Assembly (NCBI GenBank): GCA_963708135.1
Contig: OY970192.1
Span: 4,672,001-4,736,000 of the forward strand
Length of the DNA: 64,000 bases
Reading direction: 5' to 3'
Source: an uncultured Gemmatimonadales bacterium
Lineage (GTDB): Bacteria > Gemmatimonadota > Gemmatimonadetes > Longimicrobiales > RSA9
Shown: in pieces, positions 29,201 to 37,241 of the stretch
How positions within the stretch are numbered: the first letter of the stretch is position 1
Layout of the letters: every line of letters begins with the position of its first letter
Notes under the pieces: generated by a model
Told to the model about the DNA's origin: nothing
The model's input: the letters and a program-made list of their open reading frames with translations, nothing else
Databases searched by the model: none
Position numbers and translations under genes: made by a program

Positions 29201-29797
29201 ATCATGCCGATCTCGATGGCGCCGCCCTCGGGCTACAACCTCGACACCTCGGGCTCCGACGCCACAGGCTTCGGCCTCTACATCGGAGGCGAGGAGTACC
29301 TGTTCAAGACGAGCTCGCTGCCGACTTCGGGGACGAAGTGGGTGCTGCGCACCTACGAGGGCAAGGTCGCGCAAGCCGATGATGGGACGTACTCGTGGTC
29401 GGCCAATACGCTCCGTTCGCCGACAGTCCCCGGGCTGTCCGCGCAGGTGTCGGTCAATGCCGCGGCCACCGTTGACCTGGCTACGGCCGACCTGAGCAAG
29501 GTGCACACGGTTCCGGACCCGTACTACGTGACGAACACGCTGGAGACCAACCAGCTGCAGAAGAAGCTGATGTTCGTCAACCTGCCGCCGCAGGCGATCA
29601 TCCGGATCTACTCGCTGTCCGGGACGCTGATCGCGGTCGTGAACCACGACGACCCGTCCGGCGGCGGGCAGGAGTTCTGGGACCTGCGTACCCGTAACCA
29701 GCAGTACGTGGCGAGCGGCGTCTACTTCTACCACGTGGAAGCGCCGGACGGGAAGACGAAGGTCGGCAAGTTCACCGTCATCCAGTACGCCCAGTAA
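26249..29797 (+). CDS. Large secreted beta-rich protein with FN3-like segments and a C-terminal FlgD-Ig / T9SS-CTD-like domain
   Basis: AAGGAG RBS, signal peptide, PPPPNVTVVPGD, DFEGFRVYR, NGHTYYYAVTSFD. C-terminus VPDPY..MFVNLP..IRIYSLSGTLI..WDLRTRN..VASGVYFYHV..GKFTVI. Confidence 0.85.
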   Translation: MRPIVNAAMRLAKRVLAGGVLVAALAGPAAAKPGKPGKPNPKSPFNLNAATTTLLNGNEWSCGLDNLGDICVNPAGSSVGGGGWWPQGTQNQYIFNTGLQLGAIVGADGGAWAGDTIADHFFDAYGAFNSGVPITNIFLSSDPADLDSWPQDCYLTNPATGEQVKTLGQFDSCVQYWDADPKKGFADGHPMGLKVVQHSLEWAYSTNKDIIFFIFTFTNVSNDPGFLARVPDAPAGGFTLTNMFAAFGADPDESADEAGDNYATVVPDQNMGVNWQWDFSAPDFVPYPPNFDAAPGFFGVKFLKGPPNTADTAIIRRIGAVVDTVQPGQPLGMTFFSVNTNGGAFPDPTTAHQAYRYVSGHLSAAEQQACSPLPGVCYVDLASRADTRFIESSGPFSLKPGESAQIVVAYVAGAPVPGTYVKGTPIPIGSVADTTRPIEKVMGRGYDQPFPSLFTNARNAQAIFDAGFILPGAPPPPNVTVVPGDHQNTVIWDAAPVNLADAYYQIASQQTINGEPNPLYNPAYREHDFEGFRVYRKTSASDPWTPIAQFDLANGITQEVTPLTKALNLNGDTIVIVADTASVCRAGTASELGLGANFAGCAAETGLKFAIVDKGGPFPDPSAGPGLVNGHTYYYAVTSFDINSPLSGPSSLESARVLSNEAAGTPRANAAGFVAADVSAPTLMGGGKALDPSATVTIDPSAGTFSGPQPASNGLNINLDVYDPAAIPQGNFSAAIDSVIPINDAGVTFVGGHTMTSGGNALGAATIYYSTVTTPDTSYQVRTEVQSPFGYYTAGEANVDIANAPVAGKGTNHYAGNLHAWFDYGSQIYNSGSEAVGWLRAGQWPDGSGGSRWFSGSPEANPTLAQAAGSLPGVDSIVNLASQYGANANLRWQVYLMLTVYHAADYEITWGDNGSISQVMDLSNNTEVQFNPEFRGGTWGFLPDGSGDGILSFGDFWTISPLAEWWCAPDVNCIPFAQLKQTATIMPISMAPPSGYNLDTSGSDATGFGLYIGGEEYLFKTSSLPTSGTKWVLRTYEGKVAQADDGTYSWSANTLRSPTVPGLSAQVSVNAAATVDLATADLSKVHTVPDPYYVTNTLETNQLQKKLMFVNLPPQAIIRIYSLSGTLIAVVNHDDPSGGGQEFWDLRTRNQQYVASGVYFYHVEAPDGKTKVGKFTVIQYAQ

Positions 29798-29805
29798 AAC
29801 CGGAT

Positions 29806-29831
29806 CCGGGGGCGGGGCGGCCCGCCCCCGG
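29806..29831 (+). other. Intergenic 11-bp GC stem-loop
   Basis: CCGGGGGCGGG-GCGG-CCCGCCCCCGG just before the AGGAGG RBS of the porV-like gene. Confidence 0.7.
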
Positions 29832-29848
29832 GTCAACAGGAGGAGACC

Positions 29849-30925
29849 ATGAGGAAGGTACTGAAGAGCGGCGCGCTCGCCGGCCTGGCCCTGCTCTGCG
29901 CGGGATTGCCGCTCCGCGCGCAGGGGACGCAGCCGGAGAACAACATCCCCTACGGCACGCGCGGGGGCGAGTTCCTGCTCCTGCCGGTCGGGGGCCGGGG
30001 CACGGCCATGGGGATGGCGTTCGATCCGCTGGCGAACGACGTCACGGCCATGTTCTGGAATCCGGCCGGGCTCTCGCTCATGCCGGGGGCGGGCGCGGAG
30101 GTGAGCCGGATCAACTACCTCGCGAACACGAGCTTCACCTGGGCCGGGCTCGCGATGCCGATGGCCGGTGGCGACGTGGCGATCGGGCTGCAGATCGGCG
30201 TGTTCGGCTTCTCGGACCAGCCGGTCTACACCGTGGACCAGCCGGACGGGACCGGGCAGACCTACTCCGTGTCCGACACGTATGTCGGCGCGACGTACTC
30301 GCAGCAGTTCAACGAGCGGTTCAGCTTCGGCGCCACGGCCAAGTTCATCAACGAGAGCCTGGCGAGCGCGCACGCGTCCACGGTCGGCGCCGACTTCGGC
30401 GCGAACTACCACGCCCGGATCGGCGGCCGGATGATCCGCGGCTCCTTCACCGTCACGAACATCGGCGGCACGCTGAAGCACAGCGGGCCGGCGCTGGACA
30501 CGACGCTCACGGGAGGCTCGGCGGTCGAGTTCCGGACGAAGGGCTTCGAGCTGCCGTCGTCGTTCCGGGTGGGGCTCGCCTACGATCTCCTGAACTCGTC
30601 GAGCAACCGGCTGACGGCCTCGGGCGAGTTCCTCCAGCCGACGGCCGCCGACATCAGCGGCGCCTTCGGCGCGGAGTACGCGCTGAGCCACGTGGGCGGG
30701 AGCGGCTTCAACGCTGCGCTGCGCGGCGGCTGGAACATGCAGACCGACAAGGGGTTGGATGTAGCCGGGTCGACGATGAACGGCGCCGGCAACGCCGGTC
30801 TCGCGTTCGGGCTCGGCGTCGGTTACGACTTTTCCAAGACGAGTTCCTTCGGATTCGACTACGCCTGGCGGAGCGCGGGGCTGCTCGGGAACGAGAACCT
30901 GTTCAGCCTGAACGTGCACTGGTAG
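29849..30925 (+). CDS. PorV/PorQ-family (UPF0164, FadL-like) outer-membrane beta-barrel
   Basis: Signal peptide, FLLLPVGGRGTAMG..A..ND..AMFWNPAGL motif, amphipathic strands, FDYAW, C-terminal aromatic W. Confidence 0.85.
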   Translation: MRKVLKSGALAGLALLCAGLPLRAQGTQPENNIPYGTRGGEFLLLPVGGRGTAMGMAFDPLANDVTAMFWNPAGLSLMPGAGAEVSRINYLANTSFTWAGLAMPMAGGDVAIGLQIGVFGFSDQPVYTVDQPDGTGQTYSVSDTYVGATYSQQFNERFSFGATAKFINESLASAHASTVGADFGANYHARIGGRMIRGSFTVTNIGGTLKHSGPALDTTLTGGSAVEFRTKGFELPSSFRVGLAYDLLNSSSNRLTASGEFLQPTAADISGAFGAEYALSHVGGSGFNAALRGGWNMQTDKGLDVAGSTMNGAGNAGLAFGLGVGYDFSKTSSFGFDYAWRSAGLLGNENLFSLNVHW

Positions 30926-30963
30926 CAGACGGGTCCGAGGGTCCAGCACCCGAGGAGTCACAG

Positions 30964-32406
30964 ATGGAGCAGGTAACGCGGGCATCGGAGCTGGGATGCC
31001 GCGTTCGCCGCGCGGGCAGGTGGCTGGCCGTTCTCACGGCCGCCACCTGCCCGTTTGGCGCGGCGGTCGCAGCGCAGCAGCCCAGCGGGCTGACCGTCAA
31101 GACCTACCGTTTCTGGCGGCCCCACGACATCACGATGGTCGAGACGTACGCCAACGTGCCGTGGCGGGCGCTCACCTTCGCGCAGGCCGGCGCCCAGGCG
31201 ACCGCCCACTTCGAGACGACCCTCGAGGTGAAGGATGCACAAGGCACCGTGCTGGCCACGCAGTCGTGGGCCGACTCGGTGCGCGGGGCGGCGCTCTCGA
31301 GCGCCGGGATGATGCGGGCGAGCTCGATCGAGCACGGCACGCTGAACCTCAAGCCGGGCCGCTACGTGTTCACGATGCGGGTGAAGGACACGGCCAGCGG
31401 AAAGGTGGTCTCCGGCGTCGATACGGTGGAGGCGTTCGCGAGCGAGCCGCGCCACAGCGACCTGGTGGTGGCGGCGTCGATCGCGTCGCTGTCTGCGGAT
31501 TCCGCGGCGCCGGCCGCGGCGCTGCGGCGGGGCGAGCTCGTGGTGCTGCCGAACCTGGAGGGCGCCGTGACGGCCGAGCAGCCGAACGTGCCCCTCTTCG
31601 CTGAGCTGTACAACTCCGCCGCGCAGCCGGAGACGGCGCAGGCGGTGGTGCGGATCACGAGCGACGCCGGGTTCCACCACGAGACGCCGCCGCGCGTCCG
31701 CATCGTGGAGCCGGGGATCGGCGTCGAGGCGCTGGCCATGAACCTGACCGGGCTCCCGCCCGGCGACTACGAGCTGCACCTCGAGTGGAAGTATGCGAAC
31801 GAGACCGCGGCGGCGGGGCAGCCGATCCGCATGCTGCCGATGGGCGCGGGCGAGGTCACGCTGGCGGCCCCGGATGCATACGACGCCATGGACGTCGCCC
31901 AGCTCGACAGCGTCTTCGGCCCCCTGCGTTACGTGGCCACGGACGACGAGAAGGCGGCCTTCGACCTGGCCAAGGACGCGGGCTCGAAGCGCAGGGTGCT
32001 GCGCGAGTTCTGGACCGCGCACGCCAAGGCCGCGGGGGAGGCGCCGGCTGAGTTCAAGTCGGAGCTCGAGGAGCGAGTCCAGTACGTGAACCGCAACTTC
32101 CGGCCGCCGGCCGCCCGGAACCGGAAGAAGCCGGTGCAGGGGTGGCAGACGGATCGTGGCCGCATCTACATCATGCTCGGGGCCCCGGCCGACAAGATGG
32201 TCTCGCAGGAGCGGGGCGGCGCCCTCACCAGGCGCTGGGAGGCGTGGAAGTATGCCCAGGGCCGCGGCGACATCTACCTGTTCGTGGACGTCTCCGGGTT
32301 CGGCCGCTACGAGATGCTGTACACGACGAACCCCTACATTCCGTCGGATCCGAGCTGGCAGAACTACCTCGGCCGCGAGGACCTGCAGCGGCTGCAGGCG
32401 TTCTAG
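30964..32406 (+). CDS. GWxTD domain protein (secreted)
   Basis: REFW...ERVQYVNRNF...GWQTDRGRIYIMLGAPA...WEAWKY...YLFVD. Ig-like N-terminal part. GAGGAG RBS. Confidence 0.88.
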   Translation: MEQVTRASELGCRVRRAGRWLAVLTAATCPFGAAVAAQQPSGLTVKTYRFWRPHDITMVETYANVPWRALTFAQAGAQATAHFETTLEVKDAQGTVLATQSWADSVRGAALSSAGMMRASSIEHGTLNLKPGRYVFTMRVKDTASGKVVSGVDTVEAFASEPRHSDLVVAASIASLSADSAAPAAALRRGELVVLPNLEGAVTAEQPNVPLFAELYNSAAQPETAQAVVRITSDAGFHHETPPRVRIVEPGIGVEALAMNLTGLPPGDYELHLEWKYANETAAAGQPIRMLPMGAGEVTLAAPDAYDAMDVAQLDSVFGPLRYVATDDEKAAFDLAKDAGSKRRVLREFWTAHAKAAGEAPAEFKSELEERVQYVNRNFRPPAARNRKKPVQGWQTDRGRIYIMLGAPADKMVSQERGGALTRRWEAWKYAQGRGDIYLFVDVSGFGRYEMLYTTNPYIPSDPSWQNYLGREDLQRLQAF

Positions 32407-32446
32407 GCGCGCGGGGGCGCGGGGCTCAGGGCTCGGAGAAAGGGAA

Positions 32447-32476
32447 GGGTGGGGCGGACCGCCGTCCGCCCCACCC
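32447..32476 (+). other. Intergenic 13-bp GC stem-loop
   Basis: GGGTGGGGCGGAC-CGCC-GTCCGCCCCACCC. Confidence 0.7.
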
Positions 32477-32489
32477 GTGTATCAGCAGG

Positions 32490-34538
32490 ATGATGGCACG
32501 TTCCCGCAGCGCGCTCGCCGCGCTCGTCCTCCTCCTCGGCGCCGCCGCCCCCACCCTCGCCCAGTCCCCGCCGGACAGCGCCCGGGCCCGTGCGCAGTAC
32601 GAGCGCGGCGTGGCGCTCCTGGCGAAGGGCGACGCGCACATCCCCTCGCCGGGCGACATCCTGCGCGGCCTCACCTTCTGGCAGGACTTCCTCTCTGCGA
32701 TCGGCAGGGACCACGTGGCCGGCGCCCGGCGCGCGTTCGGGGCGGCCCTCGAGGCGGACCCGGCGTTCGCCCCCGCGGCCGTCGAGCTGGGCAAGCTGGC
32801 GCTCGCCTCGCGCGACCCGGACGACCTGGCCGGGGCCGCCGCCGCGCTGGACCGGGTGGCGGCCGCGCCGGACGCGACGGCCGAGACGCTGCGCCTCGCG
32901 TCGGAGGTCGCGCTCGCGGTCGGAGACAGCGCGGCCGCGGGCGCGCGGGCGCGGGCGTACGCGACGGCGCCCGGGCGCGACGCGTCGCTTGCGGGCCTCG
33001 ACCTCGCGCGCGCGGAGCTGGAAGCCGGGCGGGCCGCCGAGGGCTGGGCCGCCTACACGGCGGGGCTCGACTCGCTGACCGACGCCGGAGCGGACGCCTA
33101 CCTCGCCGACCTTGGGCCGCTCTCCGAGGACGCGAGCGCCGCGGACTGGCAGAGCCTCCCGCTCGGCGGCAGGGCCACGTGGCTGCGCCACTACTGGGTG
33201 GCCCGCGCCGCGGCGGCGGGGCGCACCCCCGCCGCCGTGCTGACGGAGCACGAGCGGCGGCTGCGCTTCGCGCAGCAGCATTATCCGCGGACCAGCCGGC
33301 GGGCCGTGACCGCGGCGACGCCGGACGCGGTCGCCCACGCCGTCGCCTCCGGGCTCGACGACCGGGGCATCCTCTACGTCCGCCACGGCGCGCCCGACCG
33401 AGTCGTGCGCACGCCGGTATCCGGGTGCGCGCCCCACGAGAGCTGGCTCTATCAGGCCGACGGCGGTCCCCTCATCTACCACTTCGTGTCGCTCAACCGC
33501 GCCAACGAATACGTGCTCGTGGCCGACCCCCTTGCCGGCTGCGGCGATGGCAGCGCGCGCGCCCGGGAGCTCGGGGCGCTCGCGGACCTCGACGGCCGCT
33601 ACGCCGCCCTCGAGGCGCAGGCGAACCTGGCCGGTGTGGGCGGCACGCGCAGCGTCGCCGAGGAGTTCAACACCGATCTCGCCAGGCTGGTCACGGAGCG
33701 GCGGGGCGAGGCGATCGAGGGCCTGAGGGAGAGCGGCTACAGGCCGCGGGCGAAGGACGTGGTCTCGTTCTACTACGACACGTACGCGTTCCGCGGCGCC
33801 TCGGGACGGACGGACCTCGTGGCGGCGCTCGCCATACCGGGCGGCGCGCTCCGCGGCCGGGAGGCCGGACAGGGTGTGCGCTACGCCGCCGACGTCGCCT
33901 TCGCGGTGCTGGACACCGTCACCGCCGGTACCTGGCAGTCGGACACCACGCTGGACTTCATGGCGCCGCGCGCCTTCGGGGCGCGGGAGAACCTGCGGGT
34001 CGCCGTCGAGCTGCCGGTGCCGCCCGGCCGCGCCTACGCCGACCGCGTGAGCGTGCGGTTGCCCGGGCAGGACGCGGAGGGCGGCTACGGCGGCGCGCTC
34101 GCCGTGCCGAGCTTCCGCGGGGACACCCTGATGGTGAGCGACCTCGTGCTGGCGGAGCCCGCCGGCCACGGCTGGCGCCGCGGCGGCGTGGAGCTCGGTC
34201 TGGTCCCGCCCCGGCAGTACACGCGCGGGCCGATCTCTCTCTTCTACGAGCTCTACAACCTGCGGGCGGACTCCACGTACACGACCCGGATCCGCGTCAT
34301 CTCGCTCGGCGGAAAGGATCTGTTCGGCGCGCTGAAGCGGCTCTTCACCGGCGGCGGCGCCGCTCTCTCGGTCTCGTTCCGCGACGTGGCGCACCCCCGC
34401 TCCGACGGCACCGTGCAGGTGCTGCGGCACGTGGACCTCGGCCAGCTCTCGCCTGGCGCGTATCGGATGGAGGTCGAGACCCGCTCAGGCGGGCGGACGG
34501 TGCGGAGGGAGACGGAGTTCCTGGTCAGGAAAGAATAA
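32490..34538 (+). CDS. TPR + degenerate GWxTD domain protein (secreted)
   Basis: Signal peptide, TPR-like helices (ALEADPAFAPA), EHERRLRFAQQHY, GLDDRGILYVRHGAPD, ESWLY, then SDLVLA / FYELYNL / LSPGAYRMEV Ig-like C-terminus. Confidence 0.8.
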   Translation: MMARSRSALAALVLLLGAAAPTLAQSPPDSARARAQYERGVALLAKGDAHIPSPGDILRGLTFWQDFLSAIGRDHVAGARRAFGAALEADPAFAPAAVELGKLALASRDPDDLAGAAAALDRVAAAPDATAETLRLASEVALAVGDSAAAGARARAYATAPGRDASLAGLDLARAELEAGRAAEGWAAYTAGLDSLTDAGADAYLADLGPLSEDASAADWQSLPLGGRATWLRHYWVARAAAAGRTPAAVLTEHERRLRFAQQHYPRTSRRAVTAATPDAVAHAVASGLDDRGILYVRHGAPDRVVRTPVSGCAPHESWLYQADGGPLIYHFVSLNRANEYVLVADPLAGCGDGSARARELGALADLDGRYAALEAQANLAGVGGTRSVAEEFNTDLARLVTERRGEAIEGLRESGYRPRAKDVVSFYYDTYAFRGASGRTDLVAALAIPGGALRGREAGQGVRYAADVAFAVLDTVTAGTWQSDTTLDFMAPRAFGARENLRVAVELPVPPGRAYADRVSVRLPGQDAEGGYGGALAVPSFRGDTLMVSDLVLAEPAGHGWRRGGVELGLVPPRQYTRGPISLFYELYNLRADSTYTTRIRVISLGGKDLFGALKRLFTGGGAALSVSFRDVAHPRSDGTVQVLRHVDLGQLSPGAYRMEVETRSGGRTVRRETEFLVRKE

Positions 34539-34611
34539 CGAACAGGCACACAAGGCCGGCGGCGGGAGCCGGTCGAGTGCCGGTTTTCCATTCGGCGAGG
34601 GGCGCCGCCGT

Positions 34612-35967
34612 TCATCCGTTCTTTCCGTTCTCGCCGCGCCTGCAGGCGGCGAGGCCCTCGAACAGGCGATCGAACTGCTCGGGCCGGTGCGCGGCGGTGG
34701 CGCAGAGGCGCAGGCGCGCGAGTCCCGGCGAGACGGCGGGGTAGGTCACGGCGGAGACGAACACGCCGCGCGCCAGGAGCTGGCGGGCCCAGTGGTAGGC
34801 GCGCCATTCGTCGCCGAGCAGGACGGGGATGACGGGTGTCGTCGAGGGGCCGGTGGGCAGCCCCAGCTCGCGCAGGCCGTCGCGCAGCCGGCGGCTGTTC
34901 TCGTGCAGGCGGCGCACGTGCTGCGGCTCGTCCTGGATGATCCGGATCGCCTCGAGCGCCGCGGCGGCGTTGGCGGGCGTCATGGCGGCGGAGAAGATGT
35001 AGGGGGCCGAGCCGTGCTGGATGTAGATCCTGAGCGGCAGCGAGCCCGCCACGAAGCCGCCGGAGGAGGGGATGGCCTTGGAGAGGGAGCCGGTCAGGAT
35101 GTCGATGGAGGTGGGGTCGATGTCCTGGGCCTCGCAGATGCCGCGGCCGGTAGCGCCCACGGCGCCGATGGAGTGGGCCTCATCGACGAGGAGGAAGGCG
35201 CCGTAGCGGTCCTTGAGGGCGATGAGATCGGCGAGGGGCGCCTCGTCGCCATCCATGCTGAAGACGGAGTCCACGGCGACGAGGATGCGACCCTCGCCCT
35301 TGTTGCGGGCCTGGCGCAGCCGTCGCTCGAGGTCGGCCATGTCGTTGTGGCGGAAGCGGTGCGTGCGGCAGCCGGCCATGCGCACTCCATCCTGGATGCT
35401 CTGGTGCGCATACTGGTCGAGGAGCGCGAGGTCGTCCGGTCCGAACAGCGAGGTGATGGCGGCCACGTTGGCGTCGTAGCCGGAGGCGAAGGTGGCGGTG
35501 GCCTCGTGGCCGAGGAAGTCGGCCAGGGCGCGCTCGAGCTCGAGGTGGAGCTGGAGCGTGCCCGTGAGCAGGCGCACGCCTCCCGTCGAGGTCCCGTAGC
35601 GCTCGACGGCCTCCTTCACGGCCGTGGCGAGACGAGGATGCCCGATGAGCCCGAGGTAGCTGTACGAGGAGAACATCACGAAGCCGGTGCCGAGCGCCTC
35701 GCTCTCGGGGCCGGCCGCGCGGGAGAGCGGCACCTGGTACGTGTAGAGCGACTCCGGCAGGCCGGCGGCGAAGAGGTCGAACCACCGCCGTACGTTGGCG
35801 GTGTCGAGCAGGGAGCCCGGCTCGATCAGCGTATCGACGCTCTTCCCCTCGAAATAGCCGAGGAACGGGTCGCGTGTGAAGTCGTCGAGGCGCTCAGCCG
35901 CCGGGCCGGAACGCGACTTTGATGGAGCCGTGGCCGCCCTTGTCGAGAGCGGCTCTGATCGCGGCAC
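34612..35967 (-). CDS. PLP-dependent alpha-oxoamine synthase (BioF/SPT/KBL family)
   Basis: MFSSYSYLGL, FASGYDAN, FRHNDM, DSVFSMDGD, VDEAHS, GSLSKA. GGAGGA RBS before GTG 35967, overlapping the upstream ADH by 74 nt. Confidence 0.9.
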   Translation of the reverse strand: MPRSEPLSTRAATAPSKSRSGPAAERLDDFTRDPFLGYFEGKSVDTLIEPGSLLDTANVRRWFDLFAAGLPESLYTYQVPLSRAAGPESEALGTGFVMFSSYSYLGLIGHPRLATAVKEAVERYGTSTGGVRLLTGTLQLHLELERALADFLGHEATATFASGYDANVAAITSLFGPDDLALLDQYAHQSIQDGVRMAGCRTHRFRHNDMADLERRLRQARNKGEGRILVAVDSVFSMDGDEAPLADLIALKDRYGAFLLVDEAHSIGAVGATGRGICEAQDIDPTSIDILTGSLSKAIPSSGGFVAGSLPLRIYIQHGSAPYIFSAAMTPANAAAALEAIRIIQDEPQHVRRLHENSRRLRDGLRELGLPTGPSTTPVIPVLLGDEWRAYHWARQLLARGVFVSAVTYPAVSPGLARLRLCATAAHRPEQFDRLFEGLAACRRGENGKNG

Positions 35968-37111
35968 GATAGTCCTCCAGGGCGAAGACGTGGGTCAGCA
36001 TGCCGAGCGCCTCGAGGCGGTCCCGCCTCATGAGCTCGAGGGCGGCATCGTAGATGTCGGTGTCGCGGCCGCCGAACGGGGCGAGCCCGTACGCAAAGAC
36101 GCCCGCCACGGTGATCTGTCGGTACCACACCCGGGTCCAGTCCACGGCCAGCTTCGCCGCGGCGCCCACCAGGACGAGGCGGCCCGCCTCGCGGACGAGG
36201 GCCAGCGCGTCGCCGGCCGTCCGCTGCGTCCCGACCGTGTCGTAGACCAGCGACGGTCCACCCTCGACGAAGCGCGGCGCCAGCGTGGGCCGGTAGGCGC
36301 GGGCATCCGGCAGCGCGGCGGCCCACGCGTAGACCTCCTCGCGGGTGGAGAAGATCGGCCCCGCTCCCGCCCGCTCGGCCAGCGCCCGCTGCGCCGGATG
36401 GCGCGCGAGCACGGCGACCGGGCCCGTAAAGCCCGTGAGGCGCAGCGCCTTCACCGTGAGCGCCCCAATGCTGCCGGCGCCGATCACCAGCACGACATCG
36501 TCTTCCGCGGGCGGGTGCAGCAGCACCGGCCGAAGCGCCGAGACGAACGGGTCCGCCAGAACGGCCGCCTCCTCGGGCAGCTCCCCGGTACGGTGCAGCT
36601 GGCTGCGGTGCGCCACGAAGGAGGCCGACCAGCCGCCGCCGACGGCGGGGCAGTAGCCGATCATCGGTCCGGTGCCAATGGCGCCGTCGGTGGTGCGGCG
36701 GCAGAGCCCGTACTCGCCGCGGCCGCACGCGGGGCAGACCGGATCGAGCCCTCGCTGGGCGCAGGCGAGCATCGGGTTCACGATCACCGCGTCGCCCGCC
36801 CGCCACTCGCCCGCCGCGCTCCCCGCCTCCGCCACCCGTCCGATGTTCTCGTGGCCGAAGGTGAAGGGATAGGCGCCGAAGGGCTCGAGCGTGAACGAGT
36901 CGTGCGCCGTTACGGCGGCAAGGTCGCTGCCGCAGATCCCGCTGAGCGTGGTCTCGATCCGCACCCAGTCCGGGCCGGGCAGCGCGGGCGGATCCACCTC
37001 GTCGAACGTCACGCAGCCGAGCGGGCCCAGCGCCATGCCGGGGCGGTGGCGAGCGGTCCAGCGGGTCCACAGATACCGCACCGGCCGGTAGTGGAATCGG
37101 ATCGCCCGCAT
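35894..37111 (-). CDS. Zinc-dependent alcohol dehydrogenase (MDR, TDH-like)
   Basis: SGICGSD, FGHE, C..C..C..C structural zinc site, IGAGSIG. ATG 37111. Confidence 0.9.
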   Translation of the reverse strand: MRAIRFHYRPVRYLWTRWTARHRPGMALGPLGCVTFDEVDPPALPGPDWVRIETTLSGICGSDLAAVTAHDSFTLEPFGAYPFTFGHENIGRVAEAGSAAGEWRAGDAVIVNPMLACAQRGLDPVCPACGRGEYGLCRRTTDGAIGTGPMIGYCPAVGGGWSASFVAHRSQLHRTGELPEEAAVLADPFVSALRPVLLHPPAEDDVVLVIGAGSIGALTVKALRLTGFTGPVAVLARHPAQRALAERAGAGPIFSTREEVYAWAAALPDARAYRPTLAPRFVEGGPSLVYDTVGTQRTAGDALALVREAGRLVLVGAAAKLAVDWTRVWYRQITVAGVFAYGLAPFGGRDTDIYDAALELMRRDRLEALGMLTHVFALEDYRAAIRAALDKGGHGSIKVAFRPGG

Positions 37112-37241
37112 TCTCGCTCCCGCTGGTGTGTCACGCCGCCCACGAGCGACGCCCGCAGCTCCCTTTGAATCTCGAAAAGCTAGGGGACGCGCGCGGTGCG
37201 GACAAGGCTCCGGGGCCGGGCGGGGGGCGGGACGAGCCCCG

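Noticed and set aside
23041..30985. 1205-aa and 1584-aa minus-strand ORFs
   Set aside because: Antisense shadows of the TonB receptor, CTD protein and PorV genes.
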